Origin: Basidiobolus meristosporus CBS 931.73
Taxonomy: Eukaryota > Fungi > Basidiobolomycota
Direction of reading: 5' to 3'
DNA: 37,583 nucleotides
NCBI GenBank assembly: GCA_002104905.1
Contig: MCFE01000772.1
Coordinates: forward strand, 1-37,583
Under the pieces are notes generated by a model that was not told the DNA's origin, did not search any database, and saw only the letters and a list, made by a program, of their open reading frames with translations. Positions 1 to 11,245 of this stretch are shown here, in pieces (position 1 is the stretch's first letter; each line of letters starts with the position of its first letter). The translations under genes and the position numbers were made by a program.

Positions 1-122
1 CTGGCCTCTGGCTTGCTCTACGACTCTTCACAAAACCATCCAATCTTCATAACTTGGAAGCGATGGGGAACTTGGGTCGATTCGCTTCACATCAATTCAC
101 TTCTCTTCGTCTCGTCACTTAC

Positions 123-1512
123 CATTTCACAGTTCATTCCCGCGGAAACCATCATCGCGTACTGGTGGTTGAATCCGACCACTTTGGCCGGCGCCACGTG
201 GCCGGGCAGGGTTTTCGCCGGGCGGCCGTTCGGCGCAGGGTTCTGTAGATCCCAGAAGCATATGGCCCCGTTGTGAGATCCTATTGAAAGTAGAAAGAGT
301 TGGAATTGAGGTGCGGTGGTGAAGGGGGGAGGTGGACGATTCACAATACCTGAATAGACGGATTTGCCATCGGGGCTGAACCCTGCTTCCTCACCACCAT
401 CAATGCCTAGTCGATGATGGCCAGTTAATTGGTGTTTGATATCCCCGTTGAAGGCATCCAGCACATAATGAACATCTCCGGTGGTGGTCACCAGGAGGAA
501 TGCCCCGTCCTGGCTAAACTTGATTGAGGTCCATTCCGCTGGAGTATATCCGTTCATTTTGCTCAATACCTCTTGGGTTAGGAATGTGGCAAAGGGGCCC
601 TGCAGAAAAGAATTCATGTGAGTCGACGACATGGTCGAACAGTGTGAAGGAGGTGGAAAGGGTGGTAACCTCAACTTACCTTGTCATAATTCTTTAAATC
701 GTACAGTCGGATGGTGGAGGATTCCAAGCCCGTGGCAAAGATCACTCCAGAGGGGTCGAACGCGACACAAGGGCGGCCGGTTGTTTTCACTACGCCCTAG
801 AGAGACGAAAGAAGTCAGCCCCCTTGTTGATCAAGAACAGCTATTGGCGGGGACACTGACCGAGCAATTCTGCGTGCGTAAGTCCCACAAACGTGCGGTA
901 CCATCCAAGCTACCGGAGAGAAACTGATCGTCCAGCGGGCACATGTCTAACGCTACCACTCTGATATGAAAAAAAGTGCGTAAGCGGGGTCGGTCACTCC
1001 AGAACGCTCTTCCAATTAAAGCTCCTTACCGACGCTTGTGTCCGCGAAAAAACCTAATGTACTTGTTGTCGTGTAACGAGAGGTACCTGATGGCGTCTAG
1101 GGTTAGGGTGAGGGTAAGGGTTCTTGGTAAGTTACCGTGCAGTGAGTCTTCCTCAAAAAGATCTTTACCTTCCTCCCGCGTCGACGAGTGAAGCACGTTG
1201 TTTTGGTGGTGGGTGAATCGAGTTAGATGAACCCCGTATCGTTTACTGAAAACGCTCTTGCTAAGTCTTATGGTGGGAGAGAGGCGGGATAAGTTTCGAT
1301 GGAGGGACTTTCGTGAAACGCTGTAACGCCACTTACTTTCCTCCCAAGCAATCATATAAGCGTATACTGTCATCAGCCGAGGCAACCACGCAGAATTCGC
1401 CCCGATCATCGAAGCTCAACGAGGTAGTGGGCCTCGTCACATCCCGAAACGTTCTGGCTACCTTGAAAGAGGAGATTACCGAAGGTGTTAAGGTGATCGT
1501 TTCATCAGGCAT
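123..1512 (-). CDS. SWD2: WD40-repeat protein Swd2/WDR82 (COMPASS/CPF subunit), spliced, 3' end not resolved in window. Exons: 1512-1337, 1266-1169, 1096-1030, 960-861, 796-680, 599-350, 280-123
   Basis: Hand-spliced GT-AG introns of 64-80 nt keep phase throughout (966 nt, 322 codons). The product reads [23 protein letters not shown]...[24 protein letters not shown]...[27 protein letters not shown]...[16 protein letters not shown]...[10 protein letters not shown]...[14 protein letters not shown]...[11 protein letters not shown], matching recalled WDR82 motifs ([33 protein letters not shown]). A further donor GTAAGT lies at 122. Confidence 0.93.
1097..1120 (+). repeat. Telomere-like (TTAGGG-variant) x4 / G-quadruplex motif in SWD2 intron 3
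   Basis: CTAGGG TTAGGG TGAGGG TAAGGG: four GGG tracts separated by 3-nt loops. Confidence 0.8.
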
Positions 1513-2469
1513 GCTCTAGGTGGTCAGGTGGAAAGGAGTACTGCCCAGGGAATTTATTCGGCCACTGTTGAATTCAGCCGGATTTATTGGTGGCCGGAAA
1601 TCGATGGAAATTTTCCTACCTCATCATCCATCCTGCTCACTAAAACCATGGCATCCCGTCCCCCTTCATTGAATTCCTTGTCTTGTGATGTCTCAGTTTC
1701 TATTGTCTAATCAAACTTTTTGACAGACCTATGGACAACCGTTGAGAACATCGGAGGTGTGAGTTTTTCCCTACTTGAGCCGACTGGCTGAGTAACCATG
1801 TCAGCCATGATGGTTCACAACTTCATTTTAATTCTTCAGTGTTAATGGCTCCTTATTGACTGATTTCCTAGTCATAAAATAATACTCAGAGCCCACCATA
1901 TTTACTTCAGTCTCAAGAGCTGATGGAAGCTTTGTTTGACCAACTGTGTTACTTGGTCAGCAATAATGAAGATCAGTGACAACAAAAAAGGCTTACAAGC
2001 CTACACATATGGGAACTACAGGTTTGAACTTGCATTTAGAAATCATGGCTTTTCTATTGTAAGAGTTTTGGAGATATTAGACTTATTATGTTGGATAGTG
2101 CCACATTGAGCCATGAGTGCCAAATAATGCCATAATGTGCTGGAGAGGCAAAGTAGAACTATACCTGGCCACAGATTGTGAGAGATAGTTCTACATCTTC
2201 ATGCCAAGCAGCCCCTGTGTTTCACCTACTGTGCCAGAGAAAATCCATTTTTTAATCATTTTTGGGGGTCAATGATGTGCATGATGTATAAAAGCACAGA
2301 AGGACTGAAGACATGCATTTGGTACTCTACACCTGTGGCACTCTGAATCTAGTTGCAGAGGTCTGTAGCATGTCACAAAAATGGATGGGACTATCTTGGT
2401 CCACTAGTACTATCTGGCACTATATTTAAATATTGGCCCTAAAGTAAGACCCATATAAAGCACTTATAG

Positions 2470-3262
2470 TGCTTGGACAACTTATCATAATCTTATGTTC
2501 AGTGTACCTGATATTCTGGTGATAATATTCTAAGTAAATTCCAACAAGGTTCTGGCCAGAATTTGCAAAGATTTGTAGGTATTGATCTAAGTAACTAAGT
2601 TAGGTGAGTGTTTAGGCCAAACTACAAATTCTACAACACTCCCACTTAACTAAATACTTATAACAACTAGTCCCAATTGTGATTTAAGATGTTCAATCTT
2701 GTCTCTGGCTGATGGCTTGCTTTCTTAGCCACAGCACCACTGTTGTAGCATCACAGGCTGCCTTATACTTTGCTTTTGTGGTGAAAAGTGCTACATTTTG
2801 TTGCTTTCCTGAGTTTCTTGAGATTGCTCCTTTACAGTCAAGGAATGAGTAAAATATTGTGGATCTACTGTCTTCCAGATTTTTTGCATAGTCCACATCA
2901 GAGTACTCTAGAAGATCCTGTTGTGGATCCATTGGGGCATATTTTAAGCAGATATTGACAGCTCCTCTGAAGTATCTACTATTGCACATAACTGCTGCAA
3001 AATGAGCAGATCCTTAATTCTGACTATGCTGGATGACAACTCCCACTGAATATGAGATATCTAGACATGTTACTAGCATGGTAGATATTATGCTGCTGGC
3101 TGTAGATTAATACAGAAAGTCTGCACTTTCAGATGGCACCCAGCTCTACTGATTTAGCTGCATATTGATCAAGTTATGGATTGTCTCCATTGGGGTAGCT
3201 GCCAATTTACAGTCTTCCATTAGTTACTTCCTAGGTATATCTTGAATATATCCAGACTTGTA
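2470..3262 (-). mobile_element. Old, degenerate Ty1/copia family A fragment (RT/RNase H remnant, PPT, partial 3' LTR at ~2470-2638)
   Basis: ORF 2693-2989 (DVDYA..LEDSRST..SF....GAISRNSGKQQNVAL.TT.A.Y.AAC) is a copia RNase H remnant. The PPT-like sequence CTCCCAC abuts CAACA at 2638, and the LTR sequence is homologous to 16765-17113. Confidence 0.85.
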
Positions 3263-3600
3263 AGCTCTATTATTACACCAATATATTGCCCTAACTGAGT
3301 CACTTGGATGGTTACGCACATATCTTGGAGATTTCTTACCAAATTTCTTATTGGGATTTGCTTGGAATATATCACCAAAATACAAAGTACTCAGAGCATA
3401 AGATCTCTAGATATGTTTCAGACTGCCCCAGAGCCTTGCATATATGCACTTGGGATTCTTCAAGCATTGTCCATATGCTTGCTTAGCAAAATATGTAAAA
3501 GTGTAAATACTACTATTACATTCAATAAATTGTCAAGTGAGAGCTACATAAACTACTTGTTCTCCCTGTCACTTCCAATATCTCCAAAGCTTCTACAACA
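3257..3600 (+). repeat. Diverged copia A LTR
   Basis: Collinear with LTR 11246-11594 (e.g. TACATTCAATAAAT, TCACTTCCAATATCTCCAA); ends CAACA at 3600. The start is approximate. Confidence 0.8.
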
Positions 3601-3607
3601 GGCTGTA

Positions 3608-3686
3608 TGTTGTAAAGATTTGTAATTTTACCTAAATATTCACTGAACTTAGTCACTTAGATCATTGCCTTCAAATCCTAGAGAAT
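3608..3686 (+). repeat. Copia A LTR 5' fragment (~80 bp)
   Basis: TGTTGTAAAGATTTG...CTTAGTCACTTAGATCA...CAAATCCTAGAGAAT matches the first ~80 bp of LTR A. Confidence 0.85.
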
Positions 3687-4079
3687 TTTTTTCTTTGTAT
3701 ATAAGCATTTCATCTGCCAGTCTTTGCAATAAATCCTTGCAATATTCAAGTGCATTTTCTTGAGCACTGCTCTTGACATAGTGTTGCAACCTATTGGTGT
3801 GCCTACTAATGTATCAAAATTCCACTGTAGGCATTGCAATAGCTTTTTGAGTTCTTGATGTTGTTGCTTTGTCTGTCAGTGGGATCTCCACTTGGTCTAC
3901 AATGGAGGACATGAAAGCAGTGGTAGACAAATTTCTTTTCTCTGCAAACTCATCTACCTTACCAGAGTATAGCTTAACTGGCTGCGCTTACAACTCTTAA
4001 GAATACAGCTGTTTTCTTGTTGGTAATTCTTCTTGTCTATGATGGGAATCAGCCTGTTCTGGGCTGATGGCATTGATTG

Positions 4080-4830
4080 GTGAGAACTGCAGCTTTTTTC
4101 TGACGCTTCCCTGTCACTGCCTTGGGTAGACCTTTTTCTCTTGACCTTTACCCTTACCACTGCCTAGTCTTTTGCAGCTGCTTTGACTTTGTGCTTCTTG
4201 TATGGTACTCTGTTTTCTCCTTGATGAATGCTGCACTGGTGCATCCATTTTTGCCTGCTTGTCCCTTGCCAGCACTCTTCTAACAACCTGATGTCTCCTA
4301 GCTGCTTGCTTGAAACTATCAGCTCTGCATGTGATGGGCTCCTGCAAAGACTACAGGTTTTTATCATTGTCAAGTCCTTCACTGCTACCATATCCAAGTG
4401 CTTCTTGCATTGTACTTTGCTCTCTCTTTGATGAATGATGCACTGGTGCATCTGTTCTTGCTTGCTTATCCCTGGCTAGCACTCTCCTGGCAACCTGACA
4501 TTCCCCCAAAGCTTGTTTAGAACTTTCAGCCCTGCACGTAATGGGCTCTTGAGAAAGTCATGGATTTTTATCACTGTCAAGTCCTTCACTGCTACTGTGA
4601 CTGAGTGATTCTTGTATTGAAATGCATTTTCTCCTTGATAGATTATGCTCTGATATATCTGTTTCTGCCAGCCTGTTCCATACTGGCACTCTTCTGGCAA
4701 CCTGATATTTCTTTGCCACTTGTTTGGAGCTTTTAGCCCTGCTTGTGACAGGCACCTGAGGAAGCTGCTGGTTTTTAGCCATGGTGCCCTTGTTCTTTGG
4801 CCCTTGATAGTTTTGGCTATTCCTAAGATA
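4080..4830 (-). repeat. Imperfect 207-bp (69-codon) tandem repeat, ~3.5 copies
   Basis: The anchor CACTC(T/C)..T(G/A)(G/A)CAACCTGA occurs at 4273, 4480 and 4687 (spacing 207), and GTCAAGTCCTTCACTGCTAC recurs at the same spacing. ORFs 4558-4842 and 4114-4347 give homologous peptides (SSKQVAKKYQVARRV / SFKQAARRHQVVRRV). Confidence 0.8.
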
Positions 4831-4973
4831 CTTTTGTTGCATTCCAATGCTATCCCAAAATCAGTTTGCTTGCTTGAATCCAGGAAAATGCTCATGGAAT
4901 GGGTCAAGCACGTTCTGCTTGGCCTCATGCTCCTGATGGTCATATGGTATGCCAGCATTAGGATGATGCCTTT

Positions 4974-5639
4974 CTAGACTTCTAACAGCCTCTTGAATAT
5001 ATGCCCACTCTCACCATTGCACTCAACAGCTTCACAGATCTTCAATGTGCTTTGATTTTTAGGCATGGGTATAAGAACAACAGTCTCTCCCACCCATGCT
5101 GTGACAGGTTTTTCTGATGGCTTTATCTTTGGGCACTGTTGTTGTGCTTCAAAGAATGTATGGTGTTCCTCAGTTGTTACCTTAGGAAATGGCACAATTC
5201 TTGGCTGTGATATTGAGCTACTTGAGTTCCTTCTTTGAAGCAAAGAAGCTGCATTCTCTGCCTGGGATGTCAATTGCTCCTCATGTATTATCCACTCATC
5301 CTGTTTTGGGACTATATCCTCATTTCTCTGGGCCATTACATCTATCCTATCAGTCACCACACCCAATTGCCTCATTAATGCTTTGGTATGGGCTGACAAC
5401 ATACTTACTAGTACAGGTGGTGATGATGTTATGATGGCCACTGGCTGGCCTTCAACTGAGGGTACTGCTTTTGCTATATTCTCATCTGCCTCAGCAATAT
5501 GGTCAGCTAATGGCTCTGCAGTGATTCCCAATTGCTTACTTGACTGAGAGCCTGAGGAGTCCACATTGTTCCCTTCAGTGGGCACACTGTCCACAGGGCC
5601 TTTTTTGATTGTAGTCCTGCTTGTTGCACTGAATGTCAA
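4974..5639 (-). pseudogene. Residual 221-aa ORF of repeat U, function unknown
   Basis: Longest open frame in repeat U; part of it is conserved at 33490-33580. It ends in a CxxxxGH-like stretch (ECNGESGHIFK) that may be a decayed zinc knuckle. Confidence 0.4.
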
Positions 5640-6374
5640 AGCAAGCTGTTGTCCAACTGTTCATCTGCTGCTGTCAGTGGTGGGGTTTGATTGGGAACCA
5701 GATAGCTTTGCTTTATTTCTTGGCAGCATATATATGGAAGTGAGTCAAACCAGAGGGGAAATGGTGTCACATATACATGTGTATGGGGTGCCACAACTTT
5801 TTAAATAATGCTTACTATGGTGGGTCATTGTTGAATCTTACATTCATGTAGGTGCAATGTCACAAATTCAAGACTGACTTAAATCCACATGGGTATTGAC
5901 CAAAAAGCTATATAATAGTGTTATATTGTTAGTGTCAAACTGCTTGCCCCATGGACAACACTATTATGATTTAACACCATAAGAGAAGAGAAAAAAGACC
6001 ATGTGGCTATTGTGGCAAGCCTCTGAACCATGAGGCATGTAGAGAAAATAGCAAGTATTACAAGGATCATGGCCAGTGTTGTGCCACACAAGTCATATTT
6101 GATCATTCACCAGTCATAACCATACCCACAATATCTTGCTGGCAACCTGATACTTCTAGAATGGCATCTGGCTGTACTTATCACCTTGCACAAACTGAGT
6201 CAGGAAAGTTTGTGATGCCTCTATGCTCAGCCCAGCATTATGAATATGGCATGCAGAGTGATAGTTCTGACTAAGAAGGTTCACTGATAGATTGTGAGCC
6301 TATTTCCCCTAGCAACAGTACCATGCATGAGCCTGGTCAGATCCCAATATGTAATGAGACATGCCTGTTGAAAC

Positions 6375-6919
6375 TGTTGTAAGAGTCTTGGAGATATTGG
6401 AAGTGATTGGGAGAACAAGTAGATTATGTGGTTTTCACTTAGTGATTTATTGAATGTAAAAGTAGTATTTATACTTTTACCTGGTCTTGGCATTACAAAC
6501 ACGTAGAATAGGTTAAGAAAGGTCCCAAGAACATGTGTGCAAAGTTTGGGGCTGTTTGGACAACTTTGAGAATTTTTCATGTTTTGGTTACCTGGTATTT
6601 TGGTGAAAATATTCTAAGTAAATCACAACAAGGAACTTGGTCAGTATTCTCTAGGATTTGAAGGTAATGATCTAAGTGACTAAGTTAGGTGAATATTTAG
6701 GTGTAAATACAAATTTTTACAACAGAACATGTGTGCAAAGTTTGGGGCTGTTTGGACAACTTTGAGAATTTTCATGTTCTGGGTACCTGGTATTTTGGTG
6801 AAAATATTCTAAGTAAATCCTAACAAGGAATTTGGTCAGTATTCTCTAGGATTTGAAGGTGATGATCTAAGGGACTAAGTTAGGTGAATATTTAGGTGGA
6901 ATTACGAATTTTTACAACA
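6375..6919 (-). repeat. Compound copia A LTR: full copy 6375-6724 plus a 195-bp LTR 5' part at 6725-6919
   Basis: GAACATGTGTGCAAAGTTTGGGGCTG...TTTTTACAACA occurs twice, ending at 6724 and 6919. Confidence 0.9.
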
Positions 6920-7898
6920 CTCCTACTCAGCTAAATGTTCATACTGACTAGTCCTAATTTTGACCTAAATATTCAAACTTGTCTCTAGCTAATGGTTTGG
7001 TAACCATGTCTGCAATCATTTCATCTGTAGGACAGTAAACTAAGCTAACTAAGTTATTCTCTATAGCTTCATGTATGAAATGATGTCTAATATCTATGTG
7101 CTTGGTTCTAGCATGAAAAGTTGGATTTCTACCTAATTGTATACATCCTTGATTATCTTGAAATAAAGTAATAGGCGTTTTTTGACATAGGCCTAAATCT
7201 GTAAAGAGCTTTCTTAACCACATTGCTTCTTTTGTAGCTTCACAGGCTGCCATATACTCTGCCTCTGTAGTAGAAAGTGCTACGGTTGGTTGCTTTCTTG
7301 AATTCCATGAAATTGCTCCTTTACAGTAAAGAAAGGTGTAACCTGTGGTGGATCTTCTGTCTTCTAAATTTTGTCCCCAATCTGCATCAGAGTATCCCAC
7401 AAGATCTTGTTCTGAATCCTTATAAGTGTATCTCAAGCAAATATCAGCAGTTCCTTTTAGGTATCTAAAAATTTGCTTAACTGCTGCAATATGATCAGAT
7501 CCATAGTTCTGATTATGTTGGCTGACAACTCCCACTGAAAATGAGATATCTGGACATGTTCCAAGCATGATATACATCAGAATGCCAACCATAGATTGAT
7601 AAGGAAAGTCAGGGCTTTCAGATGGCACCAAGCTCTCTTGATTTGGTTGAGTTTTGACCAAGTTAAGGTTTGTCTCCGTTGGGGTAGCTGCCGGTTTACA
7701 GTCTTACATTTTGTACTTCTTTAGTATATCTTGAATATACTTGGATTGGCTTAAGGTAATAGTCTGGGTACTTCTGTCTATGGAGAACTTAATCCCTAAG
7801 TAGTAACTAAGTCCTCCTAGATTGGACATCTTGAACTCCTTAGATAGGCTGGATTTAGTCTCTTCAAATGTTTCTAGGTTATTGGTGGCTCTAATAAG
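6375..7898 (-). mobile_element. 5'-truncated Ty1/copia family A element (RT C-terminus, RNase H, PPT, compound 3' LTR)
   Basis: ORF 6954-7661 contains YSDADW, STTEAEY, DNQG, HIDIRHHF and ADMVTK. The PPT GCTGAGTAGGAG abuts TGTTG at 6919. Homology to copia A RT stops at ~7898. Confidence 0.95.
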
Positions 7899-8199
7899 AT
7901 CTAAAACAATTATTGGATACAGAAGGTCCCCTAACCTAGGAGACATAATTAAATGCATGAATAAGGGAATACAAGCCACCAACCAGGTTGGAAAACATTC
8001 TAGACTACAGGAAAGGGGTACTCCTAACCCATTAAACAATCACATCTTGAAGAAAAGAAAAATTGTTTAAGGGGATCTAACAGAAGAACCTGTATTTAAC
8101 TACTGGAGCCTGATGAGGACGTAACAGTTGAAATAACCTTGGGTTATTGCCCCAATAGTTATTGAAAACTAAACACGCTCTCTCTGTGCAAAGAGAACA

Positions 8200-9240
8200 G
8201 AACAGATAATTCTCCCTAATATTCTATCAGAATAAAAAAGTCCTTTACTTTCTGATAAGACCTTTGAACTCCGCTCCAATCACAAGCAAAAAATTCATTT
8301 TGCCTATAAACCTTTACCTTAGCACCAGATGGATTCCCACTGAGCAAGTATTCTGCTAGCAAATCCTACTAACCACTGATTCTCATCAGCCTGAATCTGC
8401 CACCAATCTTTCAGTATCAGAGCAGCAATATGATGGTGGTCTTACTGACATCTGGGCCTATATGACCATCCCATCTGCATAGCTACCTGTATCTATTGCT
8501 GGATGAATTTTGTATGCTATCCTGCAGTATTCTAGTAAATGACAATCATTTCAAAGTTTAGACTATATCTGCATCAGAGATACCCAGTCATCATCAAAAT
8601 AGCTGGCTCTTCTGGGTGCAATGGACAGTATTGCTTTTAAATGTACAAGATCCAGGGGATTTACTCCATAACTCACACACATCATTACTATCTAACAACC
8701 AATACTAAGGATATTATCTTCCTACAGAGTGAATGTATCAAAGGCAGTATGCAATAGCAACAAAATTAGCAGACTTTAAGCCATTAGTCAGAATATGAAG
8801 TTGATTGGAAACTAGATATAGTTGAGATAGATGGTATCTGTTAAAGCAAATGCCATCCAGTGGGAGCAATGCAATTGTGTTTCAACAATATCCATATAAT
8901 AGTAACCAAGTTGTACATGGAGCATTTCAAGCAGAGTGAGCCCTTTCAGATACCAGAGAAATACAAAAGAATTGTCAGGATACTACAGAGTATAGCTACC
9001 CAAAGTACTATGCATAGGCTCCAATCAATATTCATATGCACATGCAACAATACAAATACAGGGCTGGATGAACTACATATGTATTTATTCAAGTGGCCTT
9101 TTGAAGCCATTTCTACCAAAAGTACATTAAAAGCATTGGGAATCATATGTTGACATTGTAGAAGTACTTATCCAGAAGTAGATCAGCAATGCCAACTTAC
9201 ACTTCTACAGCTTTAATCTCTATGAAAAATAATTTGGTCC
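8200..9240 (+). pseudogene. CMC/CACTA(EnSpm)-like DDE transposase remnant
   Basis: Decayed motifs occur in the expected order: DGFPLSK..S.(W)PLIL..LNL (from 8328), TSGP..P..L.SYL..LLDE, IIKIAGSSG.NGQY..Y.IQG, GAMQL.FNN, GWMNYICIYSSGLL.PFLP....HW. These match the recalled Tnp2/CACTA-like pattern (DGF..WP..NLP; GP..P; KxxGHNxxxC; D.MH; W..W...YS..LL..LP...HW). Confidence 0.75.
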
Positions 9241-9846
9241 CACAGGTGGATCCAATCCAGATCAGCCATCAAAATCCCATCAGGAGACCGCTATAATACC
9301 AGCAGCTTGGAATTGATGACCATATAAACAATCTTATGACAGGATCATAACGGTGTTTGGCTTATTTTACAGCCAAATAAAGTTGAAAAACATAACAGTG
9401 TTTGTACAATGTTTTACTAAGGGTGGGATGGCATTGTCATGGTCTTAGTGCACACTACAACCGTTTGCGTGAATCTAACCAGCCAGTACATCAATTGCTT
9501 TATATGACAAGGAACTTGATAGTGATTTGACAGCCTCTTTGCAAGCCTCTGATGGCTTTATCATGGCAGTACAGTGACCTACAGCTAGTTCTGTATAACA
9601 CTATCATACAATTTACCAAGTGGTATTTCCTTTTTCACCCTCCCCTTGTGCAATTCATATATTCCACTGTATATTCACCCCTCTTTATTTTCCTACTCAC
9701 TAGTACCTTGGGTATTCCATATATGAATCAAATGAAACAATACTATGGCCTCCTGCTTATTGACCTCTACAAATGTGCACACCTGCCGCAATCAACATAC
9801 TTCTATTACATCAACTTTATGGCCTTTTAGTGTGATACTGGCAAAG

Positions 9847-10374
9847 TGTTATGAATAGACACATGGCAGGAGAGTAGGGCTAGGCAAGGCAGGACCAGGA
9901 AAGGACTTAGGTGTGGATCAACAAGGCAAGGCGGATTTCCAAGGCAAGGCTGTTTATTCAAGACCTGTGTTTATCAGACTGAGGTATACATAAGGGGGGA
10001 TAGGACTATGTATACTTTCTGGCAATATGGATGCCAAGAGATATTGGCTAATACTGATGGGGTTCTGGGGTGAGGCACAGTAAGTGTGCAACAATAGAAT
10101 ATACTAAAGAACAGACTGGAATATCACATAGAGATATGTCAGGGGTCAGCTGATAATGTGACTAGGTCATGTGACATGTAGTTACCATATATGGCATGGG
10201 ACTACATAAATTCAAATGGGAAGCTTCCATAGAATGTTCTGTTGTGTAACATTGACTTGGAGCTTTCAAGAAGTTGCTAGAGTGTAGTAGAACTCTCTGG
10301 AAGGAACTGGGATTTCTTCACTGACTTGATTTGGCTAGATAATTGGAGAACAGGAATGTCATGTGATCATGACA
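9847..10374. mobile_element. Solo LTR (528 bp) with perfect 5-bp target-site duplication CAAAG
   Basis: It begins TGTTATGA and ends TCATGACA (7/8 terminal inverted repeat). CAAAG lies at 9842-9846 and 10375-10379. TATA-like and AATAAA elements read on the - strand. Confidence 0.88.
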
Positions 10375-10399
10375 CAAAGTTGCCATATACCTTGTATTG

Positions 10400-11245
10400 C
10401 TGGCAGCATATACATCTTGTAAACATATGCTTAGTTGCTGCCATTGCTTCCATAATATGGTTCCATACCTCCTAAATATCCACAAAGAGCTCTCTGGTAT
10501 TTGGCCAATATATTCCTTCTCCCTGCTGGATTCTAGTCCCTTTTATAGGTGTGTTCTGGCTCTTGTTTGTGTGAGTTCCACAATGAATGGTGTAGAAATT
10601 GGCTGTGACAAAGAGAAATCTGGCATACCTTGGTAGAGTTTTCCTAATAAGAATTAGCTGTATGTTGCACCCAACCCAACTTTGCATTACTTAACTAATT
10701 ACCCATGCATTGAGGCTGCTTAGCTTCTTAATGCCATAGGCATAGGTGTCTGCATGTGCACATTTGTCCTCAGTACCTTACAACTCTTGCTGGCTGTCCT
10801 CCATGTACCAACTCATCACATCCATGACAGACTGAAAGGTAACATTCTTGATGAGATTGGGATATGGTAGTACCTGCAACTTGGCTTATCTTCCTATCTC
10901 CCCACACATCTGCTCTACAGGTAACTCCCAACAGGTGAAGCAAGATCCAATACTCTCAACACACTCAGTAAGATGGAGTAGCAAATGGATACAGTAGCAG
11001 CAGAGATGTACACATTTGGCTTTATGCTTGTAGTATACCCATTCAAATCCCATCACAAACTCTTCATGCAGAAGCTATAGATGCGTCAAGTTGGCATTGG
11101 TGATCTGCTTCTGGATAAATATTCCTACAATGTTCAAATGTGACTCCCAATGCTTCCAATGTACTCTTGGTAGAAATGTATTCAGAAGGCCACTGGAATA
11201 AATACATATCCAGTTCATCCAGTCCTCACACTTGTATTGTACATA
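10400..11245 (-). pseudogene. CMC/CACTA-like transposase remnant, C-terminal half
   Basis: EDWMNWICIYSSGLLNTFLPRVHWKHW is an inverted homologue of 9050-9230. It is followed by FEWVYYKH...CIHLLLHLTECVESIGSCFTCWELPVEQMCG, matching the fungal CACTA-like HxLLH..D.I...GP....W.FPMER.CG motif. Confidence 0.8.

Larger units (their letters stand above)
3720..6240 (-). mobile_element. Unclassified dispersed repeat 'U' (degenerate long coding region, possibly gag/ORF1-like or a CACTA accessory gene)
   Basis: Homologous in inverted orientation to 32990-34232 (e.g. GAGGCAGATGAGAAT.TAGCAAAAGCAGT.CCCTCAGTTGAAGGCCAGC; ACTTTCCTGACTCAGTTTGTGCAAG). It contains the 221-aa ORF and the 207-bp repeats listed below. 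Confidence 0.6.

Noticed and set aside
87-674. ORF-track protein of 195 aa as a standalone gene
   Set aside because: It is exons 6-7 of SWD2 read through introns; its start and end lie in intron sequence.
1026-1409. ORF-track protein of 127 aa as a separate gene
   Set aside because: Only the central part (exons 2-3) is SWD2 coding; the rest is intron or off-frame exon.
4080-4830. CRISPR-like array from recurring short motifs (also 30423-30690)
   Set aside because: The whole unit is repeated with no unique spacers, the context is eukaryotic, and there are no cas genes.
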